Assembly (NCBI GenBank): GCA_002269645.1
Contig: NIVC01000300.1
Location: forward strand, 124,001 to 188,000
Source of the DNA: Macrostomum lignano
Lineage: Eukaryota
Reading direction: 5' to 3'
Length of the DNA stretch: 64,000 nucleotides
Shown here: in pieces, positions 63,225-64,000 of the stretch
Position numbering within the stretch: the stretch's first letter is position 1
Layout of the letters: each line of letters starts with the position of its first letter
Position numbers and translations under genes: made by a program
Notes under the pieces: model-generated
The model's input: only the letters and a program-made list of their open reading frames with translations
Databases searched by the model: none
What the model was told of the DNA's origin: nothing

Positions 63225-64000
63225 TCTCTGTGTCTGTCTCGGAGCATGTTTCAGTGTCTGTCTCAGTGTCTGTCTCAGTATCAGTCTCAGTGTCTGTCTC
63301 AGTGTCTGTCTTAGTGTGTGTCTCAGTGTCAGTCTCAGTTTGTGCCTGAGTATCAGTCTCAGTGTGTGTCTCAGTATCAGTCTCAGTGTGTGTCTCAGTG
63401 TCAGTCTCAGTGTGTGTCTCAGTATCAGTCTCAGTGTGTGTCTCAGTGTCTGTCTCAGTGTGTCTCAGTGCCTGTCTTAGTATCTGTCTCAGTGTGTGTC
63501 TCAGTATCAGTCTCAGTGTGTGTCTCAGTGTCTGTCTCAGTATCAGTCTCAGTGTCTGTCTCAGTGTCTGTCTCGGAGCATGTTTCAGTGTCTGTCTCAG
63601 TGTCTGTCTCAGTATCAGTCTCAGTGTCTGTCTCAGTGTCTGTCTTAGTGTGTGTCTCAGTGTCAGTCTCAGTTTGTGCCTGAGTATCAGTCTCAGTGTG
63701 TGTCTCAGTATCAGTCTCAGTGTGTGTCTCAGTGTCAGTCTCAGTGTGTGTCTCAGTATCAGTCTCAGTGTGTGTCTCAGTGTCTGTCTCAGTGTGTCTC
63801 AGTGCCTGTCTTAGTATCTGTCTCAGTGTGTGTCTCAGTATCAGTCTCAGTGTGTGTCTCAGTGTCAGTCTCAGTGTGTCTCAGTATCAGTCTCAGTGTG
63901 TGTCTCAGTGTCTGTCTCAGTGTGTCTCAGTGCCTGTCTTAGTATCTGTCTCAGTGTGTGTCTCAGTATCAGTCTCAGTGTGTGTCTCAGTGTCTGTCTC
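63225..64000. repeat. GTCTCA-type repeat with ~330-bp higher-order duplication
   Basis: The marker gtctcggagcatgtttcag recurs near 63235 and 63570. Confidence 0.9.

Overview
Repeat-dense animal genomic DNA with GT-AG introns and GC-rich codons. The codon style, satellite load and peptide families suggest a free-living flatworm such as Macrostomum; this is inference. Host genes that could be reconstructed by hand: a small secreted PAN/apple-like protein (-, 3812-4318); a two-exon secreted cystine-knot peptide missed by the ORF track (+, 5279-5869); LSm3 (+); a 14-exon, ~1590-aa secreted mosaic protein (signal peptide, 3 VWA, CXCXC, TIL, unnamed Cys-rich repeats, SEA-like module, Arg-rich tail; +, 10642-39683); a 9-peptide SPRL-amide neuropeptide precursor (-, 43475-43948); and a tandem pair of insulin-like peptide genes, one intact (59640-60211) and one damaged (about 56170-58119). 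Mobile DNA includes a three-layer gypsy/gypsy/LINE nest whose junction creates an in-frame Gag-RT fusion ORF, a young full-length CsRn1-like gypsy element with 220/221-identical LTRs and a 4-bp TSD, and MITE-like elements. About 25 different tandem repeats account for most long ORFs in the track, which are spurious. All gene models come from manual splice-phase reading and were not checked against transcripts or databases.
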